64,000 nt of DNA from the human T2T-CHM13v2.0 reference genome, Homo sapiens: assembly GCF_009914755.1 (NCBI RefSeq), contig NC_060928.1; one strand, given 5' to 3'. Both the position numbers and the translations under genes were made by a program. Within the stretch, counting starts at the first letter, position 1. Each line of letters opens with the position of its first letter. The notes below the pieces were generated by a model, which saw only the letters and a list, made by a program, of their open reading frames with translations, had not been told where the DNA came from and searched no databases. Positions 28,330-41,635 of the stretch are shown here, piece by piece.

Positions 28330-28893
28330 GTCCTTGTTCACCTACCTTTTCAAAATACAGCCACCACATTCCTTCTACTCACATTTCCCTGTCTTTGATA
28401 ATCAGCATTCTTAGCCTCTGTGGAGCTAACGTTTTAGCTTCTGCTTGACCTCTTTGTACCCATAACTCCACAGCACTTTGCAATCCCAATCTGTGAAGGC
28501 CAGAGTTTATTCTCCCATTTCTCAGACCACGCTGCACAATATATGATCTTACTTCCCCAGTAGTTACTCAGAAGTGTACATTCTAGAAGTGTGGAGAAGT
28601 TAATACTCTATGGGGTGAAAATTATTTAATGGGAAGCAGGAGATGATAAGGAACCATCAAATTAGTTCCTCTTCCATCCTCATTCTGACAGATTCTGACA
28701 TGGGGCAACAGTCTACAGGGTAATTTTAGAAAACATCCTATCAGAAAGCAACAGGCTGTGATTTTTTGGAAATGAAAGTCATCTTCATAAAACACTTTTT
28801 CTTTCTTGTTGTCTTGGTATTGCCTCACACAATAAAGCTTAAGTATTTAACTTTGTTGCAGGCTTTCTTTTCTAAAGAACCTTGGTGAAGACA
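28330..28893 (+). mobile_element. Old ERVL-type LTR (LTR33/LTR40 group)
   Basis: 3' end 'caataaa…caggctttcttttctaaagaaccttggtgaagaca' resembles ERVL LTR termini; 5' boundary uncertain. Confidence 0.5.
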
Positions 28894-29389
28894 ATTAGCA
28901 ACAATAAATCAAGACTATAAAGAGATTATATTAAGTCTGTCTTGGCAGCTATTATGACATAAATTGTTGTTTGGGGAGAAATCTATCTATGTGTCAGAGG
29001 AGATTGGGCAGGATAAGAATAAAACATTGGCTCAGGCTTGTTTTTCTCTTTGAGTTATAAAGATGCTTAAGCTTCTATCACCGCAGTAATCTGAAAATTA
29101 TATTATTTGTTGTTAAAATTACATGACTGATATCATATCACATATGTAGTAGTAATGTGCATGTTAGATATTATAATACTCACTTGTGAAAAAAGTGGAA
29201 CAAAATAAAATTGGTTCTGACAGACCTGGCAATTTTTACCAGATAGTTATGTAACCAAGTCTAATTAATGATATTTATTTAAAAAGCATTAATTAAAATA
29301 GGCAATTGTATTAATTTGATATTTATTTGATATAGCCATATTTAAAATAAAGATATATTATAATAAATAACATCAAGGGATTTGGAATG

Positions 29390-29545
29390 CATTCCTAATT
29401 CTCTTCCAAGTTTAGCTACTAAATAATTATGAGACCTTGAAGAAGTCGCTTAACTTCTTTAGATCTCAGTTTTCTCATTAATTAACAAAATAAATGAGTT
29501 GATTTATAGAAATCCAAAGTCCTCTTCCAATTCTAACAATGCAAT
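29390..29545 (+). mobile_element. MIR3/MIRc fragment
   Basis: 'gagaccttgaagaagtcgcttaacttctttagatctcagttttctcat…aaagtcctcttccaattctaaca'. Confidence 0.65.
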
Positions 29546-30605
29546 AAGCAATTTTAATTAAGTAGCAATATTTGGGACAGTGCAATCGAACACATAGCAG
29601 CTAATCAAAGATAACATTCATATGTCAATGTAGTTGTGTGCTGTAAATTTTTGATTGCATTCAGAAATACTTTTAAAAAGATTAAATCAAATGAATGAGA
29701 TCAATGATTATTATGCTCACTGTAGGTTGCTATGACTATGCTGGGCCAATGAAAATTGAAAATAGGACATAGTCACTAAGTCATTCAAGCATTTGTTGAA
29801 ACCTATGGTGAGTTAACGTCTATACTTCATGCTGATGATTCAGTAGTTCACAAGAGAAGTGCCCTCGAAGCGGGAACTACCATCAAGCCATTCACATATA
29901 AATTATTCCAAATGGCATCAAATGCCTTGAAAAGTTTTCCTCACTTAAGAAACAAATGAGCTAGAATTATCACAGGTTAAGGGTGGGATTTGTGGTTTGT
30001 AAACTAATATGTTGAACAACCAAGCCGTACAAAAGGCAAGGGTTGAGGGAGTTCAAGAGCAACTGTTAGTAGATATTCTCATTCTGTTCATCATCTGCTC
30101 TTCATATGTTAGTTTCAAATCCAGAGACCTTGGGAAAAGCAATAAAATTGTCACATCTTGACTCAGGGATCTATCGAAATAATCAAATCCAACCACAGAT
30201 TAGTTAACTTTGTTCCAGGCCTGGGCTCCTAACCAATTAGAATAGATGCAGTTAGCTAGATAACATTGGAGAAGTGCCTAGACAAGCCCTATCTTACTGT
30301 AATTTAACCCTCCAGTTGCTGGACTATGTTGTGGTCTAGCGTATCCATGAGAAGAGCCAAATAGCCAGGAACTAAGCAGACAACAGTGGGAGCATTTAAC
30401 TTTAGCATTTCATTCTATAAAAATGGCTACATCATTTTAAAAACTGGTATTAATAAAACAATTATATTTTTCCTGGGATAAAAAGTAATGGGTTGAGAAA
30501 ATGTGTTTTATTGTATACCTAATGGCAAGTTGCAAATATACACAGATTGGCGCTGAGTTTGCTCAGGACTTTAACTTTCTTACTATGAGATTCGTTTATT
30601 TTTAA

Positions 30606-30624
30606 TAGTCACTAGGTGGCAATT
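30606..30624 (+). promoter_or_regulatory. Candidate CTCF motif
   Basis: 'tagTCACTAGGTGGCAatt' versus core CCAC[C/T]AG[A/G][G/T]GGC[A/G], one mismatch; motif match only. Confidence 0.3.
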
Positions 30625-31903
30625 CTGGGGCCAAAAGGCACAGTATCTGATTATTAGTGTAGTTTTATAATCTTTTAAATTTGCTGTTCATAATGGAAAG
30701 ACAGCATTATCTGGGGAAACTAGCTATATGAACTTAAAAAAAAAAAAACCTGCTTTCATAAGGTTGACTGACTATGGAATCCAAATGCAGATAACTGAGT
30801 GCTCCTCAAATGCTATTTGACTAATACTTATAATTATGAAAAGCTTCCTACATTTTCCCTTAAATTCTTTTCTTCATGGCATTTCAACACTTCCTTTTGA
30901 TCACTAAGAATGCTGTAGCACAGCTGTAGAAAATGTTTGTCTCATTAAAATTTAGCCTACTGCAAGTTCAGAGGATTCTAAGTGTATGTATAATTTTATT
31001 TCCACTGGGTGATTTCTGCAATGTGTATGAACCATTCTCTCTAATGGAAAGTGCAATAGTAAGGTACTTTAAATAGGCATTAATCCTCACAATACATTCG
31101 CAAGTTAGGTAAGCAACATGAAGCGTAGAGCCATAATAAGCATTATCCACATTCATCCACCTTCACAGCCTGCAAACCCAGAAATCACACATCATGAACA
31201 AAGAACATTTGCAAAAGGAATAGCAAAGATACATGTGGTTTATTTCCTTCCTGATTGTCATAGAAAGATGAAGCAAAAATATCAAATGTATTTTTTAGAA
31301 AAAGGAACAATAAATTAAAATAAAACAACACAACACGTACTATAGTTGTCATGTAAGAGAAGAAATGAGGTCTTATTCAGCTGTTATTTAGTATTGATAC
31401 ATGCATATTGTCATTATAAAAAATATTTACTATCTTCAACCCTATTGTTGAAAAAAACCTCTTTTCTTTGTTTTTTTTACTGACGTGCTAACTTATTCTT
31501 GCCAAATGAGAAAGTTAAGATACATTATTAATTATTTCGGTGAGTGCTTAAACACTAATGAAAACAAAACCAAAGTAAACAATCAAAACATTACTTTTAG
31601 GATTTCATGACTTCCATGAAGAAAAGATTCCTATTTATCTTATCTGCATTAATAGTACAAAAAATTCACTGAATTTTATAAAAATAATGTTACCTTAGTG
31701 AATAATTTGTTTTTTTCATCTTGGAAACAGAATAAACACTATAAGCCTTATAGAACATGTTTGGAATCAATATAATCTGTTTCAAACATAGATGGAATAT
31801 TGATAAAGACACGTATACAGTTAAATAATAAAAATAGGAGTTTAGTCAATAAGGCTGCATTTGCACAAGTCTTAACCTCAGGTTCAACATTTTTGTATTT
31901 TTA

Positions 31904-32030
31904 ACCAGGCATGGTGGCTCATTTCTGCGATCCCAGCTCCTCAGGGGGCTGAGGCTTAGGGATTGCTTGAGGCCAGGAATTTGAGACCAGCCTAGGTGAC
32001 ATAACAAGATCCCTTCTCTAAAATAATTAA
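31904..32030 (+). mobile_element. FLAM (free left Alu monomer)
   Basis: Single monomer 'ccaggcatggtggctc…gattgcttgaggccagg…acaagatcccttctct' plus A-rich tail. Confidence 0.85.
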
Positions 32031-33849
32031 TAGTAATAACAATTGTAATTTGTATGTGTAGTTTTCAGTCATCTTTGTTTCTTAATTGGATTGAATTCTT
32101 TGTCACTGTGCTTGATAGGACAAAAATTAGTCATTTCAGTCACAAATCTTCAACTCTAAACTTCTCATTTTTCAACCATGTGGGTTCAATTTGTACAACT
32201 ACATAATGCCTACACTTAAAAAGTAAATCTTAGATTGTTTTATTTTGTTTTAGGTGTAATCAATATTTGCTGTAATCAATATTTGCTGGTATTGTTTAAA
32301 GGAATTGTAAATTTGCATTTTAAATTAATACTCGCATGCAATTTTGGAGTTATTACTCCCATACTTTTCTATACTCTCTTCACCAAATTAAGAGTAGACT
32401 TCCTGAATAAAATTTTCTATATTTTTTTCTATTAGAATGAAATACATAAATGCTTAAAAAGACAGTATAAAAGATGAGAGTTTAAGAAAAGCTTCACTGC
32501 CCTTACCTTGCCCTGGAGTACTGCTCTTGCTGATTTAACAGAACTTCAGTTTTCAAAGACAAACTTTAAATCTCCATCAAATATTTCAAAGACAGAAAAT
32601 AAGACTTAAAATGTCATTCTTTTATAATGAGTCATTGGAATTTTATGCCTATAGCAGAATATGAACTTAAATATCATTATATATGTGAAACTCATGGTTA
32701 CAGAAAATAAATTTAGAAATGTGAATTGAACAAGAAAGATGTGAGTGTCAATGTTTCTTAAATTTAATATCTATTAGCAGATACATAAGTGTTCACTTGA
32801 TGTCAATTTTCTCTTACTGTTTTCTTTGTTATGTGGTAGAATTTAAAAACCTTATTAAAATATTTATAAAGTGATCAATTTTCTTAGTATAGTAGTAAAG
32901 CTATTCCTAGTAAGCATAATAAAAAATCACACAACTTTGAACATAATCAGTATGAAATCTATGGTTTTACATATCACAAATTTGGGAACTATTTACGTCA
33001 AGATGCCTTGTGCTTATATAATCCCTTGAAAATCTTATGAAAACATAATATAATTGTCTATGTTTGGTTCAAATTCAGTGTCAGAACAATGTGATATATT
33101 GTGACACACAGAGGCTGTGTCTTAACTCTGTGAAACTTAACTCTGTATACAGTACCTCTTGAACATTCCCAAGAGCAAAGTGGTCATGGCATCCCTGAAA
33201 TAACTGGGGAAGAGCCATCAAGCCTCAAGTATACAGCTGAATTCAGCACTGAAGTGCTAGAAAGCCTAACTGAAGCTTGATTAAAGGGATTGTGTCAAGT
33301 GGTGAGCTTGCTGAGTGTTTGGATATCCAGAGGCCCGAACTTGGTTCTCCAAAGTCTGTAAACTCAGCAATACAGCTACTCGGACATTTGTTATTTTCTG
33401 AGAAAAGAAACAGTGTATTTGAAAACACATGTAGGTTTCTCCAATTCCATACATGTGCAGAATGAGCAGATGATATGTCAAACAGAGGTGGCTGATTATA
33501 GCCCTTTTAGATATGGATTACAAAGCTCTAAGCTGAAGGCCTAAAGTGACCAAGGGTCTGCATGCAATCAGATTCAGTGTTAACTAACTAAGGAGCCAGC
33601 TTTGTGATAAGCAGGACTTTTTGAATTTGAGGTTATTAAAAACAGTACAAACAAAACATACTACATCCAGTGAAAGCCAGGAGATCTAAAATTAATGTGA
33701 TTAAACCATAAGTTTAAAAATGATAAAATTTAACAAAACATTGTGATATTGTGGAAGATTTACACAGATTTGAGCAGGCAAATAAAAGTAGAAAATAAAT
33801 AAGACAGGATATGCCCAACATTTCTTTGAAGATGACAAAAATTATGTGC

Positions 33850-35140
33850 AGGATTCTCTATTTAACAAATAGTGATGGGAAAACTGGCTAGCCATTTGCA
33901 GAAAACAGAAACTGGCCTCCCTCTTTACACTTTATACAAAAATTAAATCAAAATGGATTAAAGATTTAAACATAAAATCTAAAACCATGAAAAACCTAGA
34001 AGAAAACCTAGGCAATACGATTCAGAACATAGGCATGGGAAAAGACTTCATGACTAAAACACCAAAAGCAATTGCAACAAAAGCCAAAATTGACAAATGG
34101 GATCTAATTAAACTAAAGAGCTTCTGCAAAGCAAAAGAAACTCTCATCAGCATGAACAGGCAACCTACAGAATGGGAGAAAATTTTTGCAATCTATCCAT
34201 CTGACAAAGGGCCAATATCCAGTATCTACAAGGAACTTAAACAAATTTACAAGAAAAAATACACAACCCCATCAAAAAGTGGACAAAGAATATGAACTTC
34301 TCAAAAGAAGACATTTATGGGGCCAAAAAACATATGAAAAAAAGCTCATCACCACTGGTCGTTAGAGAAATGCAAATCAAAACCACAGTGAGATACCATC
34401 TCATGCCAGTTAGAATGGCGGTCATTAAAAAGCCAGGAAACAACAGATGCGGTAATGGATGTGGAGAAATAGGAATGCTTTTACACTGTTGGTGAGAGTG
34501 TAAATTAGTTCAACCATTGTGGAAGACAGTGTGGTGATTCCTCAAGGATCTAGAACCGGAAACACCATTTGACCCAGCAATCCCATTACTGGGTATATAC
34601 CCAAAGGATTATAAATCATTTTACTATAAAGACACATGCACGTGTATGTTTATTGTAGCACTATTTACAGTAGCTAAGACTTGGAACCAACCCAAATCCC
34701 ATCAATGATAGACTGGATAAAGAAAATGTAGCACATATACGCCATGGAATACCATGCAGCCATAAAAAAGAATGAGTTCATGTCCTTTGCAGGGGCATGG
34801 ATGAAGCTGGAAACCATCATGCTCAGCAAACTAACCCAGGAAGAAAAAACCAAACACTGCATGTTCTCACTCATAAGTGGGAGTTGAACAATGAGAATAC
34901 ATGGAAACATGGAGGGGAACATCACACACTGGGGACTGTTGTGGGGTGGGGTGTAAGGGGAGGGATAGTATTAGGAAAAATATCTAATGCATGCAGGGCT
35001 TAAAACCTAAATTACGGGTTGATAGGTGCAGCAAACCACCATGGCAGATGTATACCTATGTAACAAACCTGCATGTTCGTTCAGCACATGTATCCCAGAA
35101 CTTAAAGTAAAATGAAATAAACTAAAAAATTAAAAAAACA
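33850..35140 (+). mobile_element. L1PA8-L1PA10-like 5'-truncated L1
   Basis: ORF2 remnants (ORFs 33987, 34292) and 3'UTR 'gcatgcagggcttaaaacct…gcaaaccaccatggc'. Confidence 0.9.
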
Positions 35141-35509
35141 AACTTTTAAAAGTACCATATTAAAAAAATTATGGCAAAACCTTGGAGAATTTTGACTGTC
35201 AAGCTTATTTGGGGCTTTAATTCTGTTTAAATAAACCCTATTTGAATTCATATTTTGTTTTCTATTCAAATTTGTCTTTCACTATGCTACCAACATTCTT
35301 TGAATATTCCCACCTCTGGATCTTAGCACCCACCATTCATCTCTTGGTAAAAATCAAACACTTTCTGTCAGTTTACTGTCTTTTCTTAAGGTTTACTTCA
35401 AAATTGTTAATCATATGAAGCTGACTCCAACAACACCAAGTCAGCAGAAATTCATCGCTTTGAAAATTTTAGATGTTACTCCATACCCTCTGTCTGGAAC
35501 TTTTTTCTT

Positions 35510-36348
35510 TTTTCTTTTATTATTATTTTTTCTTTTTTCACTTTTTTTTATTATTATACTTTAAGTTCTAGGGTACAGGTGCACAATGTGCAGGTTTGTT
35601 ACATATGTATACACGTGCCATGTTGGTGTGCTGCACCCATTAACTTGTCATTTAACATTAGGTATATCTCCTAATGCTATTCCCTCCCCCCTCCCCCTAT
35701 GCCACAACAGGCCCTGGTGTGTGATGCTCCCCTTCCTGTGTCCAAGTGTTCTCATTGTTCAATTCCCACCTATGAGTGAGAACATGCGGTATTTGGTTTT
35801 CTGTCCTTGCGATAGTTTGCTGAGAATGATGGCTTCCAGTTTCATCCATGTCCCTACAAAGGACATGAACTCATCCTTTTTTATGGCTGCATAGTATTCC
35901 ATGGTGTATATGTACCACATTTTTTTAATCCAGTCTATCATTGATGGACATTTGGGTTGGTTTCAAGTCTTTGCTATTGTGAAGAGTGCCACAATAAACA
36001 TATGTGTGCATGTGTCTTTATAGCAGCATGATTTATAATCCTTTGGGTATATACCCAGTAATGGGATGGCTGAGTCAAATGGTATTTCTAGTTCCAGATC
36101 CTTGAGGAATTGCCAAACTGTCTTCCACAATGGTTGAACTAGTTTACAGTCCCACCAACAGTGTAAAAGTGTTCCTATTTCTCCAGATCCTCTCCAGCAC
36201 CTGTTGTTTCCTGACTTTTTAATGATCACCATTCTAACTGATATGAGATGATATCTCATTGTGGTTTTGATTTGCATTTCTCTGATGGTCAGTGGTGATT
36301 AACATTTTTCATGTGTCTGTTGGCTGCATAAATGTCTTCTTTTGAGAA
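35510..36348 (-). mobile_element. L1PA (approx. L1PA5-7) 5'-truncated
   Basis: ORFs 35963(-) and 35759(-) are the ORF2 C-terminus; TSD gaacttttttctt at 35497-35509 and 36346-36358. Confidence 0.92.
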
Positions 36349-36948
36349 CTTTTTTCTTATCCCTTCTGAATTGCTACTTATCTGTGTACGTTTGAGTTTA
36401 GTATGGGACATGTTTAAGGTGTTTGGATGACACTCAGCTGAAGAAGATGTCATCAGACAAAGGGTATGAAACTCCAGAGGATGTTTGGAGTCAGAAGTAC
36501 CTCTCTGTGGCTCATATTCATAGTCCAAATGGAAACTGTGTGCATGAGCTGGACTGCACGGAAATAAATTCAGAAAAAGGCAGCAGAAGATTCACACTGT
36601 CTTTAAAAAAGATTTCTCTGGTATGGTAATACACGGCATAAGATTGCAAGAAGTTCGGGTCATGAGGGCTATTGGAAATCTTGCCTCAATGACTGGAGCA
36701 TTTAGCCATTGGCCATGTGGAAGTCCTGCCATCATATGGGGGGGAAATGAACTGATAAACTCATCTTGGAAAGCAGAACACTGCAGCCATTTCATCCCCA
36801 AAAGTTAATTTGTTTAAGTGTCAACCAGGGCATGAAATATGATTTAATCTTACTTTATAATAGAGGATTGAGGAAGCCAGCTTCTCAGTTCCCAAATGAG
36901 AAAATAAACAGTGACAAGATTTTGCCCATGAAATCTGCTTGTGGAAGT

Positions 36949-37043
36949 TTCTTTTCCTCCTCTTCCTCCTTGTCTTTCTCTTCCTCCTCCTCCCCACCCC
37001 CTCCTCCTCCTCCTCCCCTTCTTCTTCTTTGTCACCCCCTCTT
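36949..37043. repeat. (CCT/CTT)n polypyrimidine low-complexity tract
   Basis: Nearly pure C/T run, seen directly. Confidence 0.85.
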
Positions 37044-37499
37044 CAAACCGGGATCAATATAGGAATGAAGGATATTTCTCCAGTTTCACTTAGAGTTTTG
37101 AAAGAATTTGAAGAACAGGACTTAACTAACAGAGGCTATGAAAACCAATGCAAGTAATATGTGTTGATCACCTAATATTACATAGAAAATAATAAGGGGG
37201 TTTAAACAATGTTTCTGGCAACTGCCTCTCTCATAAAGCGTGACCTTTTAATTTGCTCCCTATAAAAAAAACATGTTGAGGAATTGAGAGTCTGGCCAGT
37301 GGCAAGGAAACTCTCTCAGCCAAATATTCTCCTCAAATACCCACTCACGTAACCAAATTGACAAGGATATCAGGCCCCGTGATTTGCCCAAATGAAGACG
37401 GAAAAAGGCTGGGCAAAATGTGAAGAGTAACAATATCAATAAATCTTGTCATTTTCTAAGTGTTATTTTATTGGCATTTTACTTACATGATCTATAATG

Positions 37500-37650
37500 C
37501 TTATAATGAAGTGTTGAGAGAGATAGTACCTTGAATTTATGGATAAGAAAACCACAACTCTGGAGGTTAATTAAATTGTTGGAGGTCATATATTGGGTAA
37601 TTAGCAGGACTCGAATTTGAATCCAGGTGAAGAAATATATTTCACCCAGG
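37500..37650 (-). mobile_element. MIR fragment
   Basis: 'ttatggataagaaaaccac…ggaggttaattaaattg…gcaggactcgaatttgaatccagg'. Confidence 0.65.
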
Positions 37651-38414
37651 TCCAAACCAGAGGATAATAAAACATCAAAAATGCTCACCTGTAAAATCCT
37701 TTGATCCAGCCTTAAAGGAATCTTTTCTAATGTTGTTCCTGGATTTTTATCTTCACCTATAAATAGGGGGATAAGCACACACTTACCCAGGAGATCCGGA
37801 AAACAAGGGCAGGATGAGAAGTACACCAAAAGCAGAAGTGAGGATTTTGAGGTAAATGGATGGAGTCAGAGCAGCCATGTTAACACGCAGCATATTGAGA
37901 TATGAAGGGAAGGCAAAGCTGCCCCTCCAATGGGGATGTTCCTGACCCTTACTGTCAATTGCAATCTCCAGGCACATATTCCTCACTTCCGGTGGTTCTG
38001 TCTGCTTGCATATTTCCTGCATTATACTCAGTGTATTCATTTCCTATGACTGCTGTAACAAATTACAACAAACTTGGTGAAGAAATATATTCTCTTGTAG
38101 TTCCAGAGGCCAGAAGTCCTAATCAATATCACCACAATGGTTAAAATCAAGGTGTTGGCAAGGCCATGTTCTCTCCAGGGACTCTAGGGGAGAATCTATT
38201 CCTTATCGCTTCCAGCTTCTGGTGGCTGTCTCCGCAGTCCTGGGCTTGCAGTTGCATTACTCTAATTTCTCTCTTTGTCTCCACATCGCCTTCTCGTCTG
38301 TATATTTGTTTTTCTTTGTTGCTCTCGTAAGGAGAAACGTTGTATGGCATTAAGGCTCACCACAATATTCAAGGAAAAACTCTTTTTCTCAAGATGCTTA
38401 TTTTATTCATAAAG

Positions 38415-38581
38415 TACAGGGTAATTTTAGAAAACATCCTGCCAGAAAGCAACAGGCTGTGATTTTTTTGGAAATGAAAGCCATCTTGATAAAGCAACTT
38501 TTCTTTCTTGTTGTCTTGGTATTGTCTCACACAATAAAGCTTAAGTGTTTAACTTTGTTGCAGGCTTTCTTTTGTAAAGAA
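38415..38581 (+). repeat. Dispersed duplicate of 28714-28879
   Basis: 'tacagggtaattttagaaaacatcct…caggctttctttt.taaagaa' aligns directly. Confidence 0.95.
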
Positions 38582-38606
38582 ATAAGAAATTTTTGTAAAG
38601 AAATTC

Positions 38607-38726
38607 ATAAAATAAGAATCTTGAGAAGAGTTTTTCCTTGAATATCGTGGTGATCCTTAATGCCATACAAAGTTTCGCCTTATTAGAGCAACAAAGAAAA
38701 AACAAATATACAGATGAGAAGGTGAT
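38607..38726 (-). repeat. Inverted duplicate of 38285-38406
   Basis: Reverse complement aligns: 'ataaaataag…tttttccttgaatat…ccttaatgccatacaa…caaatatacagatgagaaggtgat'. Confidence 0.93.
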
Positions 38727-39071
38727 TAAAAAAAAAGATGAATTAATGTCCTTTGCGGGGACATGGATGAAGCTGGAAACCAGCATTCTCAGCAAACTAA
38801 CACGAGAACAGAAAACCAACCACTGTATGTTCTTACTCATAAGTGGGAGTTCAACAATGAGAACACATGGACACAGGGAAGGGAACATCACACACTGGGG
38901 CCCGTTGGAGGGTAGGGGGCAAAGGGAGGGATAGCATTAGGAGAAATACCTAATGTAGATGATGGGTTGATGGGTGCAGCAAACCACCATGGCACGTGTA
39001 TACCAATGTAACAAATCTGCACGTTCAGCACCTGTATCCCAGAACTTAAAGTATAATAAAAAAAATTAAAA
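38727..39071 (+). mobile_element. L1PA7/8-like short 3' end
   Basis: 'gtcctttgcggggacatggatgaagctggaaacc…gtagatgatgggttgatgggtgcagcaaaccacc…aaagtataataaa'. Confidence 0.9.
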
Positions 39072-41280
39072 ATATTCTTAGTTTGATCACATTATTTCCC
39101 TTATAAGGTAATTTTCACAAGTTCCTAGGATTAGAGCATAAATATGTATTTTGGGGGTACATCATTCATTCCACTGTAGTTACCATATGACAGATGAGTA
39201 CCTGATCAGTATAATTTGAGTAATATGAATAATATATGATTTAACTATATCTTTTAGGCACCTATGACATTCTTTTTATTTAAAAATATGATAGTAGTCC
39301 AGGACTGGGCACAGATATTTGAAATAAAATGTTTTAATTTAGGTATGTTCATTAGGAAATAGGAGTCAGAGGTGGAAGGAGCCTAAGGCTTTTTCAAATT
39401 ACAGTTCTCTTCCTCTGAGACCCAATCCTTTCTATGAATAAAGGAAATAGTGATTTGAGTATGTGTACATTATCCAATAATAAAGGAGAAGATATTTACA
39501 AGTAATATCCTGTTAAGTGAGTCTCAAATAAAACAAGATACTTTGCATGTTTTGGGTGGAAAAAGAAAACCTTACAAAATAATAGGTACAGATAAATAAA
39601 TAATTATTACATGCATCATGGAATAAAAATATTCTCAGCAACCATTAAGTAATATGAAGTTTAAAAGTTTCCCAATTTACTCCCCTCCCCAGATCTAAAA
39701 TTCATAAACAGTTCATAAAAATATTCTTTTCTACATTTGTCAAGAATTTTAAAGAATCATTTTTCTAACACTTATGTTTTTCTAAAATACTTTTCAACTT
39801 TCAAAGTAATTGCCATCCCTTTGTTTTTGCCTGAATTCAGCAGGTAGTTTGACACAGACGTATCAATGATGAGGAAGGATGGTGACAAGAGGATGTGAGC
39901 AAAAGCATTGTGGAATTCTCAGAGCTTTGCTGCTGGGAGACTATAGCTTTGTGGAAGGGAAAAACACAAGAAATTAACATCTGCAACTCCAAGCTAGAAT
40001 AAAGATTACAAAAGTTTACATGGGGAAATTATGTAGACTACATCGACAATGCCAACTTGGGAGAATATTTCATAAAAATTAATTCAGATCCAACACAGAA
40101 CAAAGGTAGAAGGAACTGATTGGAGGAGAAGCAGTACAAGTCTGACATTTTCTCCACGTGTATATAAAGGGGTTCACAGAAATTTAGCTGATCCTATTAT
40201 TTTGATTAATAAGTGCTCATTTTTTGAAGTGTTATGAGACACTTTAAAATTAAAGTTGCTTTATTTTAGAATATTAGAAGAAATACTCTAAAAACTTGTG
40301 CCTTTTCCCATTTTTCATGGTAAAGGAAGTAAAAATGTGATTCGTTTAAGCTGTAACGATGACAAACCACAAGGACAAATGTAGGCTCTCTTCCTTTAAT
40401 ATATTTTTACTCTCTCTCAAAATATTAATTACTGCACATATTTTTGTCACATGTACATACCTATGAAGTGGGATCTTGAGTTCAGTATATCTGGAGGCAT
40501 AAGAAGTCAAGTTGTTCAGTCACTATTTTTTTCTCTGTTGACAATCTGATGTGAATATCTGTGAAGGTACATTTTGTGTGTTGTGTTCCAGCATGGAAAT
40601 AACAATCATCTAGCACATATAGTGCCTATTGTGCACTAATGTATGTTCTGAGCCCTTTATATGTATTAGCTGATTTAAGATTCAAATATCCCTGTGAATT
40701 ATGTTCATGCTATTTCATGGATGAGAAAACTGAGGCATGTAGGTTTATTAGAGGAAAATATATCGCTGTGTAAAAATTGGTAACCGATGTTCACTATAAG
40801 ACCCAGTTGACCTTTGCTCATGCTGTAACTCCAAGATTCAAGTTGGTTTCAGATATTTTTAAAACTAATTAATGTAATATCAGAACTGACTCATCTGCAC
40901 TATGTAATTTGAATACATCATTGCTAGTGCCAGCTTGACTCTTCAACTTAATTTTGCATTAATAGAAACCTTGCAGTTTATACCTTAACTATAAGAAGAA
41001 TGAATAGTCATTTATGTGATTTCTCGTAAGCAAATTAGTCAAGCTCCAATAGCACGGATGGAGTGAGTACCTTTTCACATGCATGGAATACATTTTGTAT
41101 ATAGGTATAAATATTATATCTACATCTGTATCTAGATATCTAGATAGGAAGAGATAAAAATAGAGACAGAGGCATAATGAGACCAAGAAAGCTATGATTC
41201 TTCAGCATTTATAGCAAAATTTATTTTCACCCAAAGCAAGCAGTGAAATTATTTGGTTGTTGATTAAGAAATCAGGTAAG

Positions 41281-41635
<355 letters not shown>

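Larger units (their letters stand above)
38032..39178 (-). mobile_element. MLT1C LTR interrupted by a complex insertion
   Basis: 'tgtattcatttcctatgactgctgtaacaaattac…ctctaggggagaatc', resumes near 39071 '…aaggtaattttcacaagttcctaggattag'. Confidence 0.8.

Noticed and set aside
35140-35175. Possible short 3' transduction between the L1 tail and a putative TSD (aaaattatg)
   Set aside because: Only about 20 AT-rich bases; cannot be told apart from a decayed polyA.
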